64,000 nucleotides of DNA from Escherichia coli O127:H6 str. E2348/69 (lineage in GTDB: Bacteria > Pseudomonadota > Gammaproteobacteria > Enterobacterales > Enterobacteriaceae): assembly GCF_000026545.1 (NCBI RefSeq), contig NC_011601.1; one strand, given 5' to 3'. Of this stretch, positions 1 to 11,237 are shown piece by piece. The notes beneath the pieces were generated by a model, which saw only the letters and a program-made list of their open reading frames with translations, was not told where the DNA came from and did not search any database. Made by a program: the position numbers and the translations under genes. Position 1 is the stretch's first letter; each line of letters opens with the position of its first letter.

Positions 1-1744
1 AGGAGAAGATTGTCGCAATACGCAGCGGTTTATAGGTAGCCGATTTATTAGCGGCTTCTTCTTGTAACCGTTTAAACGTCGCATAATAGGCTTTCGCGGC
101 ATCCACGCTGCTCACTGCCAACATAGCATTAAAACCTTTTGAGCCAGGGAAGGTACGGTGGGTTTTCTGGCGGAAATTATTCAGAATATATTGCGTGATT
201 TCCTGAATACGCATGGGATGAAGAAACGCCTGCTGATTTTCAGCCGCACTTAGTTTTTTCTCGTCAGTTTCTGTCTCTAAAGACTTAAACTGTGGTCGCA
301 CATCGTTGTAGTCCACCTTGAATTTGAGCACTTTTTCGTCACGAATCGCATCGGTAATTACATACGAATGCAATTCACGACCAAATACGCTGGCGGTTGT
401 TTCTGAGCCTAAGGCGTTTTCCGGGAAAATAGGGGTGCCGGTAAAACCAAACTGATAATAGCGTTTGAATTTCTTCTTCAGGTTTTTCTGCGCTTCTCCA
501 AACTGGCTGCGGTGGCATTCATCAAATATAAACACCACTTGCTGATTATATACAGGCAGGTCGCTTTCTGCTTTCATCAGGTTATTGAGTTTCTGAATAG
601 TAGTGACGATAATTTTGTTATCGTCCTTATCCAGATTTCGTTTAAGGCCTGCGGTATTTTCCGAGCCGTTGACGCTGTCTGGCGAAAAACGCTGATATTC
701 CTTCATGGTCTGGTAATCGAGGTCTTTCCTGTCGACCACAAAGAAGACTTTATCAATAAAGTCCAGCTCTGTTGCCAGACGCGCGGCTTTAAAGCTGGTG
801 AGGGTTTTACCAGAACCGGTAGTGTGCCAGATATACCCACCGCTTTCCGGTTTTGACCAGTTCTTCGCTGTAAAGGAACTCTTAATTTTCCACAGAATGC
901 GCTCGGTGGCGGCAATCTGGTACGGTCGCATCACCAGTAGCGTCTGACTACTGTCAAAAACGCTGTAGTTCACCAGAACATTCAGCAGAGTATGTTTCTG
1001 GAAAAAGGTAGCGGTAAAGTCTTTGAGGTCTTTAATCAGCGTGTTGTCTGATTTCGCCCAGTTCATGGTGAAGTCAAAACTGTTTTTATCGCGCTTTGTC
1101 GTGTTGGCAAAATAACGGGTATCGGTGCCGTTAGAAATGACAAACAGTTGCAGATACTTAAACAGGGAATTTTCGCTGTTAAAACTCTCTTTACTGTAAC
1201 GATGTATCTGGTTGAAAGCCTCACGAATCGCCACCCCGCGTTTTTTTAGTTCGATTTGCACCAGCGGTAAACCATTAACCAGGATCGTGACGTCATAACG
1301 GTTAGCATGAGAACCCGTCTGTTCAAACTGCTGGATAATCTGCACCTTATTGCGCATGAGATTCTTTTTATCTATCAAATAGATGTTCTCAAGTCGCCCG
1401 TCGTCAAAAATAAAGTCGCAGATATAGTCGATATGGATTTTACGGGTTTTATCCAGAATACCATCGCTGGGGTTGTCCAGATACTGCTCCGTGAAGCGCC
1501 GCCACTCGCTGTCATTAAACATCACACCATTGAGGCTCTGAAGCTGTTCCCGAACATTAGACAGCATTGCCGACTGTGATTTTACGGAAATAAATTCATA
1601 ACCCTGATTCCGCAGGTCCTGAATCAGTTCACGTTCCAGGTCCGATTCGCTCTGGTAGCTGTCGCTTGTTTGCTCAGCTTTGATGTACTTATCAAGGACG
1701 ATAAAGTTATTGGATTCAGCAATGGTGTGTGTTTGATGAGTCAT
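1..1744 (-). CDS. hsdR: Type I restriction enzyme R subunit (HsdR), N-terminal 581 codons; 3' end lies beyond window start
   Basis: Not in ORF track because it runs off the window. Hand translation from ATG at 1744 (RBS AAGGA upstream) gives [14 protein letters not shown]... with PD-(D/E)xK-like [19 protein letters not shown], helicase motif I TGSGKT and DEAH-type FDECHRS. Confidence 0.85.
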   Translation of the reverse strand, partial: MTHQTHTIAESNNFIVLDKYIKAEQTSDSYQSESDLERELIQDLRNQGYEFISVKSQSAMLSNVREQLQSLNGVMFNDSEWRRFTEQYLDNPSDGILDKTRKIHIDYICDFIFDDGRLENIYLIDKKNLMRNKVQIIQQFEQTGSHANRYDVTILVNGLPLVQIELKKRGVAIREAFNQIHRYSKESFNSENSLFKYLQLFVISNGTDTRYFANTTKRDKNSFDFTMNWAKSDNTLIKDLKDFTATFFQKHTLLNVLVNYSVFDSSQTLLVMRPYQIAATERILWKIKSSFTAKNWSKPESGGYIWHTTGSGKTLTSFKAARLATELDFIDKVFFVVDRKDLDYQTMKEYQRFSPDSVNGSENTAGLKRNLDKDDNKIIVTTIQKLNNLMKAESDLPVYNQQVVFIFDECHRSQFGEAQKNLKKKFKRYYQFGFTGTPIFPENALGSETTASVFGRELHSYVITDAIRDEKVLKFKVDYNDVRPQFKSLETETDEKKLSAAENQQAFLHPMRIQEITQYILNNFRQKTHRTFPGSKGFNAMLAVSSVDAAKAYYATFKRLQEEAANKSATYKPLRIATIFS

Positions 1745-1865
1745 AGCGCATCCTTTGTGCCGCCTGGCAAGAGCCGGAAGGGCGTTAAGAGTGACTTCCG
1801 GCGCGTAAAAAATAGTCTATATACTGACCGGGTGTTAAGGTGGCCCGATCGGTAGCAATGGTCAA

Positions 1866-3088
<1,223 letters not shown>

Positions 3089-3092
<4 letters not shown>

Positions 3093-4645
3093 TTTTGCAC
3101 CTCGCAGCCTTCAATTTCAGCCACAATCGCATCAATATCTTTACGCAACTGGTCGATTTTGCTAACCGTAGTTTTAAGCTCTGCATTTAGCTCAGCAATA
3201 TTGATAATTTCGCGGTTATCTTTCGCTTCTACATAGCAGCTCACCGACAGGTTATAGTCATTAGCGACAACGGTCTCAAACGCGACAGATTTCGCCAGAT
3301 GAGCAACATCTTCCTTGCTGGCAAATACCTGCATAATCTGTTCGATATGGGCATCGGTCAGGATATTGTTGTTGGTCTCTTTTTTGAATAGTTCGCTGGC
3401 ATCAATAAACTGAACTTTGGTATCCGTTTTATGTTTAGACAGCACCAGAATATTTACGGCAATGGTGGTGCCAAAGAACAGGTTCGGTGCCAGTGAAATC
3501 ACGGTTTCGACATAGTTATTGTCAACCAGATACTGACGGATTTTCTGCTCCGCGCCGCCACGGTAAAAAATGCCCGGGAAGCAGACAATCGCAGCACGAC
3601 CTTTGGCAGAAAGATAGTTCAGCGCATGTAATACAAACGCAAAGTCAGCTTTGGATTTGGGGGCCAGAACGCCAGCCGGGGCAAAACGCTCATCGTTAAT
3701 CAGCGTCGGGTCATCGCTGCCAATCCATTTCACCGAATACGGCGGGTTAGAAACGATGGCATCAAACGGTTTTTCATCTCTGAAGTGCGGCTCAGTCAGC
3801 GTATTGCCCAGCTTGATATCAAACTTGTCGTAGTTGATGTTGTGCAAAAACATGTTCATACGTGCCAGGTTATAGGTCGTATGGTTGATTTCCTGTCCGA
3901 AAAAGCCTTCTTCAATGATATGGTTATCAAACTGCTTTTTAGCCTGCAACAACAGTGAGCCGGAACCCGCTGCCGGGTCGTAGATTTTGTTAACGTTGGT
4001 CTGCCCGTGCATAGCCAGTTGTGCAATCAGCTTGGAGACGTGCTGCGGTGTAAAGAACTCACCGCCTGACTTACCGGCATTTGCCGCATAGTTAGAAATC
4101 AGGAACTCATAGGCATCACCGAACAGGTCAATCTGATGTTCGTTGAAGTTACCAAGTTTTAACCCTTCAACCCCTTTCAGAACCGCAGCCAGGCGGGCAT
4201 TTTTATCTTTAACGGTGTTACCCAGGCGGTTACTGGTGGTATCGAAATCAGCAAACAAACCTTTGATGTCTGCTTCTGAAGGGTAGCCGTAAGCAGAACT
4301 TTCGATAGCAACGAAGATGCTGTTTAAATCTGCATTCAGTCTGTCATTGGTATTTGCTTTCGCCGCTACGTTGCAGAAAAGCTGACTGGGGTAGATGAAG
4401 TAGCCTTTAGTTTTGATGGCATCGTCTTTAATATCATCAGTAATTACGCTGTCATCCAGTTTCGCATAACAGATACTGTCATCACCGGCTTCAATATAGC
4501 TGGAAAAATTTTCGCTGATAAAACGGTAGAAAAGCGCGCCCAGAACGTATTGCTTAAAATCCCATCCATCGACCGAACCTCTGACATCGTTAGCAATTTG
4601 CCAGATTTGGCGATGAAGCTCCGCGCGCTGCTGAAGACTGGTCAT
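3089..4645 (-). CDS. hsdM: Type I N6-adenine DNA methyltransferase subunit HsdM
   Basis: 518-aa ORF; AdoMet motif [10 protein letters not shown] and catalytic motif [12 protein letters not shown]. Confidence 0.9.
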
Positions 4646-4951
4646 TTTTTATCCTTTGAATGTGTTTTTAACGTCGGCTTTTGCCGGGATTTTACCGGAA
4701 GTTTTTTGGTTTTTCAGATTTGTATGATGGTGAGGAGGGGATTCAGTACCAGATTGTTAGTGCATCTTATTCAGCATTCACCGTTTGAGTCAGGAGGCTA
4801 TTTTATATGCCCATCGCCCATCCGTAGGTGATCAGATAATTTATTGCGAGTCACCTTCCCGATTTTCAATCTCATTATTTACCCAATATTTCACCAGAGG
4901 ATAATCCGTCTGCTACTAACGGCGAGTGTATTTTTTTACGGATGAAAGATT

Positions 4952-5785
4952 ATGCAAACAGAAGCTGAAGTCTTAACCGATCACAACGAGATAATTCGCT
5001 CGACCAATATTGAGCGTATCGTCACAGGACGTGATAGCGCACTGAAGCTGATAGCGACGCTAATCCAAAAACTGGATGATATCTCCAGTCTGACATCCAG
5101 TATTGGCGGTGATGTGGCTGGAACCTGGGGAATGCGTAATGGATATGCCTTTGACTGCTGGCTGATGCAACCAACCGACAAAGCGATGTCGGCGATCACC
5201 CGCAATATCGATCGCAGCATCTGGCGCGATCTCATGCTGAAGTCCGGGATGTTGACTCTGATGGATGCCGAAGCCCGCAGTCAGTGGGCAAAGAACCTGG
5301 AGGAGGGCGATCTCCCGGCGATTAGCGAAGCCAACATCCTGAGTACCTTTGAACAACTCCACCACAATAAGCATGATGTTTTCGAACGTGGGATTATCAA
5401 TGTATTTAAGGGATTGAGCTGGGATTACAAAACCAATAATCCCTGTTATTTCGGTAAGAAGATTATCGTTAACAATCTGGTGAAGCATGACCGATGGGGT
5501 TACAGCCTGCACTGGGGCTGGCGGCGAGATCAGCTTGCCGATCTGGAACGGATGTTCTATCTGCTGGATGGGAAGGCCATTCCCGATAACCGGCATGATG
5601 TTGCGATTCGGTTTATGGACTTCGTTAGTGCTCACCCGCATGAGCAGGTATTTAATGACGATTTATTTGTCATCCGCTATTACCAGAAAGGCAGTGGACA
5701 CATCACATTCAAGCGACTGGATCTGGTGGATAAGATGAATGACATTGTGGCGAAGCACTATCCGTCAGCGTTATCAGCAAAATGA
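4952..5785 (+). CDS. Hypothetical protein, 277 aa, no motif recognised; same strand and 360 bp upstream of McrB-like gene, divergent from hsdM
   Basis: Long uninterrupted ORF in track; function unknown. Confidence 0.55.
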   Translation: MQTEAEVLTDHNEIIRSTNIERIVTGRDSALKLIATLIQKLDDISSLTSSIGGDVAGTWGMRNGYAFDCWLMQPTDKAMSAITRNIDRSIWRDLMLKSGMLTLMDAEARSQWAKNLEEGDLPAISEANILSTFEQLHHNKHDVFERGIINVFKGLSWDYKTNNPCYFGKKIIVNNLVKHDRWGYSLHWGWRRDQLADLERMFYLLDGKAIPDNRHDVAIRFMDFVSAHPHEQVFNDDLFVIRYYQKGSGHITFKRLDLVDKMNDIVAKHYPSALSAK

Positions 5786-6146
5786 ATGTCGTATGTTTGC
5801 TGTCAAAATGTCGTTACTGGAACCCTCTGAATTTCGGCATATCCATTTACTGGAAATAATACCTACCTGAAAAACCGTTGATTCCCTATGCAACTAGAAA
5901 CCGCACACAGGTTGAAAAAACGAGTAGCTATTTTACGTCTGAAAGAATGCTATAGCCTTCTCTGAGAGCCACCAACATCATGCGTTTTGCAGTTCAAAGT
6001 CATCAGATAAATGTGGTGGCTCCAGGGCAGAAGGTAATTTCAGGATGAAAGTTATTTTTTTTATCACAAAATTTAACATTTTTGAGATTAATCCGATAAG
6101 ATAAGGCTATCCCAATTTCCCTCCCCCCTACATATTGGATTAAGAG

Positions 6147-8201
6147 ATGGTTCAGGATTCATCAGCATTAGCCCCTTTCTTTCGTGCTCAAATTGAAAAA
6201 AATAATCAATACAATTCAGTTTGGGGCAAACACTACCGCGAGCTTGTAGAACAGATTCAGGCCGAAAAACCAAACTTTTCTGAAGCCACGATTCGGCAGG
6301 TATGGTATGAACGTGACAATGGTGTCTCCAGCCTGATGCAAGGTGGGATGTCATTGGTTGAATTTGAAAATGCACAAAAAGACCTTCTAACGCTCACCCG
6401 TCAGATAGCAGAAGAGTGTACACAAGAAAATTATAATCGGGTCATTGAACGTCTTATCAAACTTAAAGCGGACGGAGTATTAAATAAGGTATATAGGGCT
6501 CTTTGTAATCGTGCTTTTGCAGCAATATACCCATCAAAAATTAGCAGTGTCGTGAATGTTAATAATTTTTTTAGTTGCTACAATTATTGCAACAACCATT
6601 TCCAGCTAGGTCTTTCCGGAGAACGGGAGTGGCTGGCTCGCAATGTTGATCTTAAAGAAACGCTAAATCGTGCGCTGGGTGATGATATCGACCCTATTGA
6701 GCTGAATATGTCACTTTGGCATCTCTATGCGTATGAAATTCAGGATAAAAATGCTATCGGTTTAGTTGGAAGCGAAAGTGCTTTACAAGAAAATGAGCAA
6801 GAAGATGATGTTATAAGTTCGCCATTGCCTAAAAACACAATTCTCTATGGCCCGCCAGGTACAGGTAAAACATATCGTACTATTGAGCTTGCTGTACAAA
6901 TTTGTGATCCGATCGCTTACTCCCTGCAGGAGGGTAAGGATGAGAGTGAAAAACGTCGCGAGTTGAAAAAGATTTATGATCAGCTTATCAAAGATAATCG
7001 AGTGCGTTTTATCACCTTTCATCAGAGCTTTGGTTATGAAGAGTTTATTGAAGGTTTAAGAGCTGAGACTACTGATGACGGTAATGTAAAATACGAAATA
7101 AAGGCAGGTATTTTTAAACAGATATGCGAGGATGCCGCCTTTGGTCATGCTGGTGCGCAGGAAATGTTGGATAGCGCACTTACTCGCCTACAAGAACGTT
7201 TATCTGAAGGTGAAAATATCACGCTGGAAACACAACAGGGTAAGGCCTTCCAGCTGACGTATAAAAGTCAAACCAACTTTGGAATTTTTCCGTCACAATC
7301 GAAAAAAGAGGATTTAGGACAGGGTTACAATGCCTATTTGAAGGATATTCGGCAAGTTTATCAGGATCCACGAGCAAAAGTACATAATCCATCTTATGTA
7401 CGCAGTATCCTTAACTATTTAATTAATCAACGTTATCTGCCTCTGAATACTCAGAGCGTAGCTTCAGAAAAAAAGGAAAACTATGTTCTCATTATTGATG
7501 AAATAAATCGGGGTAATATTTCAAAAATTTTTGGTGAACTAATTACCCTTATTGAGCCATCTAAACGGGCTGGTGAGCCAGAATCGCTTAGCGTATTGCT
7601 GCCATACTCTTCCACTCCATTTAGTGTACCGAATAACCTTTATTTAATTGGTACCATGAACACTGCTGATCATTCGCTTACTGCACTTGATACTGCACTA
7701 CGTCGCAGATTTGATTTTGAAGCGATGCTGCCAGATATTACTGTTCTGAAAGATACTGTCATTAAAGGTATTGATCTGCCTCGTCTATTGCAGACGCTTA
7801 ACGATCGCATCCAGGTTTTATACGATAGAGAACATATGCTGGGGCATGCTTTTTTTATCCCTGTTGTGCAGGCAAAAGAAGACGAAGCTCTGGCATTTGA
7901 AAGATTCAAACGGATTATGCGAAATAAGATACTACCATTGCTGGAAGAATATTTTTACAATGACTGGCAAAAAATTCGCATGGTACTGGCTGATAACCAA
8001 AAAGAGGAAGCACCAGATCTTCAATTTGTACGTGAGGTGAAATACCAGAAAAAGTATGCCGATCTCTTTGGTGATAACGGAACAGATGACTTGGGAACCA
8101 GTTTTCACCTGGCAGCAGAGGATGACAACGTTTGGGACAATCCAATCGCCTGGCAGCAAATTTATGCACCTCAAAAAGAAAAACGCAGGAGTGCGGAATG
8201 A
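6147..8201 (+). CDS. McrB-like AAA+ GTPase subunit with non-canonical N-terminal domain and an insertion in the AAA+ core
   Basis: 684-aa ORF; Walker A GPPGTGKT, FHQSFGYEEFIEG, Walker B LIIDEINRGNISKIFGE, McrB signature MNTAD, C-terminal LRRRFDF. Confidence 0.8.
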   Translation: MVQDSSALAPFFRAQIEKNNQYNSVWGKHYRELVEQIQAEKPNFSEATIRQVWYERDNGVSSLMQGGMSLVEFENAQKDLLTLTRQIAEECTQENYNRVIERLIKLKADGVLNKVYRALCNRAFAAIYPSKISSVVNVNNFFSCYNYCNNHFQLGLSGEREWLARNVDLKETLNRALGDDIDPIELNMSLWHLYAYEIQDKNAIGLVGSESALQENEQEDDVISSPLPKNTILYGPPGTGKTYRTIELAVQICDPIAYSLQEGKDESEKRRELKKIYDQLIKDNRVRFITFHQSFGYEEFIEGLRAETTDDGNVKYEIKAGIFKQICEDAAFGHAGAQEMLDSALTRLQERLSEGENITLETQQGKAFQLTYKSQTNFGIFPSQSKKEDLGQGYNAYLKDIRQVYQDPRAKVHNPSYVRSILNYLINQRYLPLNTQSVASEKKENYVLIIDEINRGNISKIFGELITLIEPSKRAGEPESLSVLLPYSSTPFSVPNNLYLIGTMNTADHSLTALDTALRRRFDFEAMLPDITVLKDTVIKGIDLPRLLQTLNDRIQVLYDREHMLGHAFFIPVVQAKEDEALAFERFKRIMRNKILPLLEEYFYNDWQKIRMVLADNQKEEAPDLQFVREVKYQKKYADLFGDNGTDDLGTSFHLAAEDDNVWDNPIAWQQIYAPQKEKRRSAE

Positions 8202-9508
8202 AATCTTCCAGTCATTTCACTGTGTTCGAATACGGGCATTTAGTGAGTGAGGAAGGTGATGCCCGTATAAATAATGCGGTAGTGCTACCTGCAGACCTAT
8301 TTAAATGGCTTGAGCTGCGCTGTCTGAAAGACGATGCTGATAATACTCATCGTTTGCTCACCCTTAGCAGCCGGAATGGAGTAAAAACGCTGCAGGTAAA
8401 AAACTATGCAGGAGTAATCTCACTGCCAGGGGGGCGATTTCTCGAAATCCTGCCTAAAACAGGTCAGGATAATGAGGATACTGTTCGTCAACAATTACTG
8501 ATGATGTTACGTACGTTAAAATCATTTCGTCATATTGCCTCCTCTGAATCTGGCGTCAAAATATCTAAAATGCCTCTGATGGATATCTTTATTCAACAAT
8601 TTATAGAGAGCGTGCGTAAGATTGTGCAGAGAGGGTTAAAACGTGACTATTTACGTCAGGAAGATAATCTTCCATGGATGAAAGGAAGATTACGGATCTC
8701 TGCACAATTAAGCAAAAACTGTATTAGGCGGGATCGTTTTCAGGTGGAGTATGACGAGTACAGCGTCAATCGTCTGGAAAACCGGATACTCAAAACTGCA
8801 ATCAATAAGATTAGTCGCCAGACCAGTAATCCACAATTATTACAGCAGATAACACAGCTGCAGTTTCACTTTGAAAATATCACGTCAGTTCATGATGCTT
8901 ATATAGCTTTCGAGCAGTTACACTTTGATAGACAAATGCATCACTATGAGCAAGCATTAGCGTGGGCGAAGATGATTTTATTGGGCGATTCTCCACACTG
9001 TATGTATGGGGATGTTAATGCTTTTTCACTGCTTTTCCCGATGGAGGCTGTTTTTGAATCTTTTGTGACGACATGGATGCGTTATCGTTATTATGATAAA
9101 TGGCGAGTGGACGCACAGGTAAGTTCAAAAAATCTGATTAGTTATAACGGTAAAGCTTTATTTAAGCTGCGGCCTGATATTTGTTTACGGCCTCGTAAAA
9201 GTACTACTGGTTCAGTTATTACCTGTGATGTTAAATGGAAGATAGTAAATGGCAGAAAGGACAGTCTTGAACAATCTCAAGCCGATCTCTACCAAATGCT
9301 TGCCTATGGATTGAATTACCAGGAGGGGGAAGGTGATATGATTTTGATATACCCCTATCATAACGGATTTAATCAGCCATCTCCTCATCCTTATGAATTT
9401 AGCCATCAGAAGGAAAATAGGTTACGTTTATGGGTTGTACCTTTCTTTATTGGCGAGAGTTTACAAACATCAGAGTTGCGTTTTCCTGGTGGGGCTGAAT
9501 TTATTTAG
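8198..9508 (+). CDS. McrC-like PD-(D/E)xK nuclease subunit
   Basis: Track ORF 8132-9508; start placed at in-frame ATG 8198 (MKSSSHF..., GGAG upstream) which overlaps the upstream stop as ATGA; motifs RPDICL...CDVKWK and LYQMLAYGL...ILIYPYH resemble McrC. Confidence 0.75.
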   Translation: MKSSSHFTVFEYGHLVSEEGDARINNAVVLPADLFKWLELRCLKDDADNTHRLLTLSSRNGVKTLQVKNYAGVISLPGGRFLEILPKTGQDNEDTVRQQLLMMLRTLKSFRHIASSESGVKISKMPLMDIFIQQFIESVRKIVQRGLKRDYLRQEDNLPWMKGRLRISAQLSKNCIRRDRFQVEYDEYSVNRLENRILKTAINKISRQTSNPQLLQQITQLQFHFENITSVHDAYIAFEQLHFDRQMHHYEQALAWAKMILLGDSPHCMYGDVNAFSLLFPMEAVFESFVTTWMRYRYYDKWRVDAQVSSKNLISYNGKALFKLRPDICLRPRKSTTGSVITCDVKWKIVNGRKDSLEQSQADLYQMLAYGLNYQEGEGDMILIYPYHNGFNQPSPHPYEFSHQKENRLRLWVVPFFIGESLQTSELRFPGGAEFI

Positions 9509-9570
9509 TATTTGTAGGCTATCTCTTTATACAATTTATTTGTCTATTTGTATGCACAAAATAGCCTACC

Positions 9571-10500
9571 TCACCCCCTAAAAACCTCTTTCCGATGCCA
9601 CTCTACAAACACCTCATAAGGGTAATTTTTACGTACCTGCGGCAAAGCAATAGTTTTCCCGTCAAAATCCCAGAATAGTTTCTCAACGATCCCTCCGCCG
9701 TTTACCGCATCTGATACCAGTACCCGCATATTTTCGTCCAGGCCAATCGATCCTTTATCAAAGGCTTTATGGTGAATTGCGCAAAGCGCCAGGCCATTAG
9801 GAATTTCACAAGGACCGCCGTGCTGTTTCCATTTTATATGCGCCGCTTCAAGCGCGACGGTGGTGTCGTCGTGGCGCATATTAAAGCCACATATCGCGCA
9901 CTGGTAGTTATAAGCGCGTAATACATTTTTGCGAAATAACGGGTCGCGCTGTTTACGGATTTGCTGGAGGTCAAAACCCAATTCGTCAGCAATTTCCTCC
10001 TGAATACTCTCGGTAAAATGCGCTTCGAGTATCTGTTGCGCCAGGGTATTGATGAGTTTTTTATTGCCGGTTACCAGGGCGTAGTGCTGTTCATCGAAAC
10101 CGCCTGCAACGCGGTGTTCGGTCAGTTCCTTCACTGGCGGTTGTCGGCTGCTCCCTGCTGTTGAGCAAAGCCCGGCATTGTGTAATTGCCAGAATCCGTC
10201 GCCTTGTAATCGCCAGAACGGCATATCAGGTCGGTACTGTGAACGCTGTGGCCCAAAACGTTCCAGTAAACTGTGCAGAGGTTCGTAGATTTCCGAGCCA
10301 TAATCGAAAAGGCGCGGATGTCCATTCAGGTATCCCGCTAATACGTATAGCAATAACAATGGCTTATGCGGCGCGCGCTGTTCACCCTTGTGCCAGATTT
10401 TTATATTGGCAATTGCCTGCTGTAGCGATTTACTGGAAGCCATTGATATCCCTGGCAGTGAAATAATTGCGATCATGCTCGCAAATTTTCTTCTGTTCAA
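9571..10500 (-). CDS. Two-domain HNH nuclease: uncharacterised N-terminal domain plus C-terminal HNH (possible modification-dependent restriction enzyme)
   Basis: 309-aa ORF; HNH region YQCAICGF...EAAHIKW...CAIHHKAFD; true start may be the internal ATG giving MASSKSLQ (about 10443). Confidence 0.7.
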   Translation of the reverse strand: MNRRKFASMIAIISLPGISMASSKSLQQAIANIKIWHKGEQRAPHKPLLLLYVLAGYLNGHPRLFDYGSEIYEPLHSLLERFGPQRSQYRPDMPFWRLQGDGFWQLHNAGLCSTAGSSRQPPVKELTEHRVAGGFDEQHYALVTGNKKLINTLAQQILEAHFTESIQEEIADELGFDLQQIRKQRDPLFRKNVLRAYNYQCAICGFNMRHDDTTVALEAAHIKWKQHGGPCEIPNGLALCAIHHKAFDKGSIGLDENMRVLVSDAVNGGGIVEKLFWDFDGKTIALPQVRKNYPYEVFVEWHRKEVFRG

Positions 10501-10579
10501 GCCTGCAAGTGAAGATATATTACTTTGATCTCATTTGTTTTTTTGCTGCCTGCTCTGAGAACGTATAAGGATATTCCCC

Positions 10580-11230
10580 ATGAATAAACTTCCCGACCAT
10601 CTTCCGCGGCGGTATATCATCGAAGCTATCCATTTATGGGATGCGGGAGAAACTCATCAGTTCCAGCCTGCACGGTTGTATTAGATTGAATATCATGGCC
10701 GACGTTACCCCTCGAAGGCGATTGCTGGCATCGCAGCGACATTGATGACGGGGACGCAATTTACCCCTGCGGATTTCACCGGCGGAATAAAATCTAAATG
10801 CGTCAAACTACTCATAGAGCAGGGATTTCATATTCATCAGGATAAAGCCGCTGCGGCTCCCATAGCCGACGTTCTGTTCCCGGATGAGTTGCCGTCGCAG
10901 GAGACCTACGTTGAAGGTGCGGCGATAAAGGTGACAGTAAACCGCTATGAACGCGATAAAAAGGTCCGAGATAAAGCGGTCGAATATCATGGATGCCAGT
11001 GCAACGTATGCGGCGTTGATCTGGTGAAGATCTATGGTGATATTGCTGAAGGCTTTATCCATATGCATCACCTGGTGCCGCTTTCAGCCATTAAAGAGGA
11101 TTACCAGCTGGATCCAGTTAATGATTTGCTGCCTGTGTGTCCTAATTGCCATGCGATGTTGCACCGACGCAAACCACCGTTTACGCCGGAGGAGTTAAAA
11201 GCGTTGATGGATGCGAATAAATCAAATTAA
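10580..11230 (+). pseudogene. Small HNH endonuclease gene interrupted by in-frame TAG (10682-10684); downstream part is track ORF 10742-11230
   Basis: ATG 10580 is in frame with ORF 10742-11230; reading MNKLPDHLPRRYIIEAIHLWDAGETHQFQPARLY*IEYHGRRYPSKAIAGIAATLMTGTQ...; C-terminal CxxC...HH...CxxCH HNH motif. Confidence 0.55.
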
Positions 11231-11237
11231 TGAACGC

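Noticed and set aside
1781..1810. Hairpin GCCGGAAG...CTTCCGGC between hsdS and hsdR as an attenuator/terminator
   Set aside because: 14-nt loop and no U-tract on the transcribed strand; more likely incidental. The gap probably holds the hsdR promoter, but I could not define -35/-10 boxes confidently.
5060..5641. 193-aa minus-strand ORF overlapping the 277-aa gene
   Set aside because: Fully antisense to the longer plus-strand ORF that has a sensible start; no independent support.
9514..9570. 9-bp inverted repeats GTAGGCTAT / ATAGCCTAC between the McrC-like and HNH genes
   Set aside because: Loop of about 40 nt and no T-tract; not a convincing intrinsic terminator or recombination site on sequence alone.
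9571..10500. HNH protein as a homing endonuclease of an intron/intein
   Set aside because: No interrupted host gene, intron structure or intein context; free-standing gene in a defence neighbourhood.
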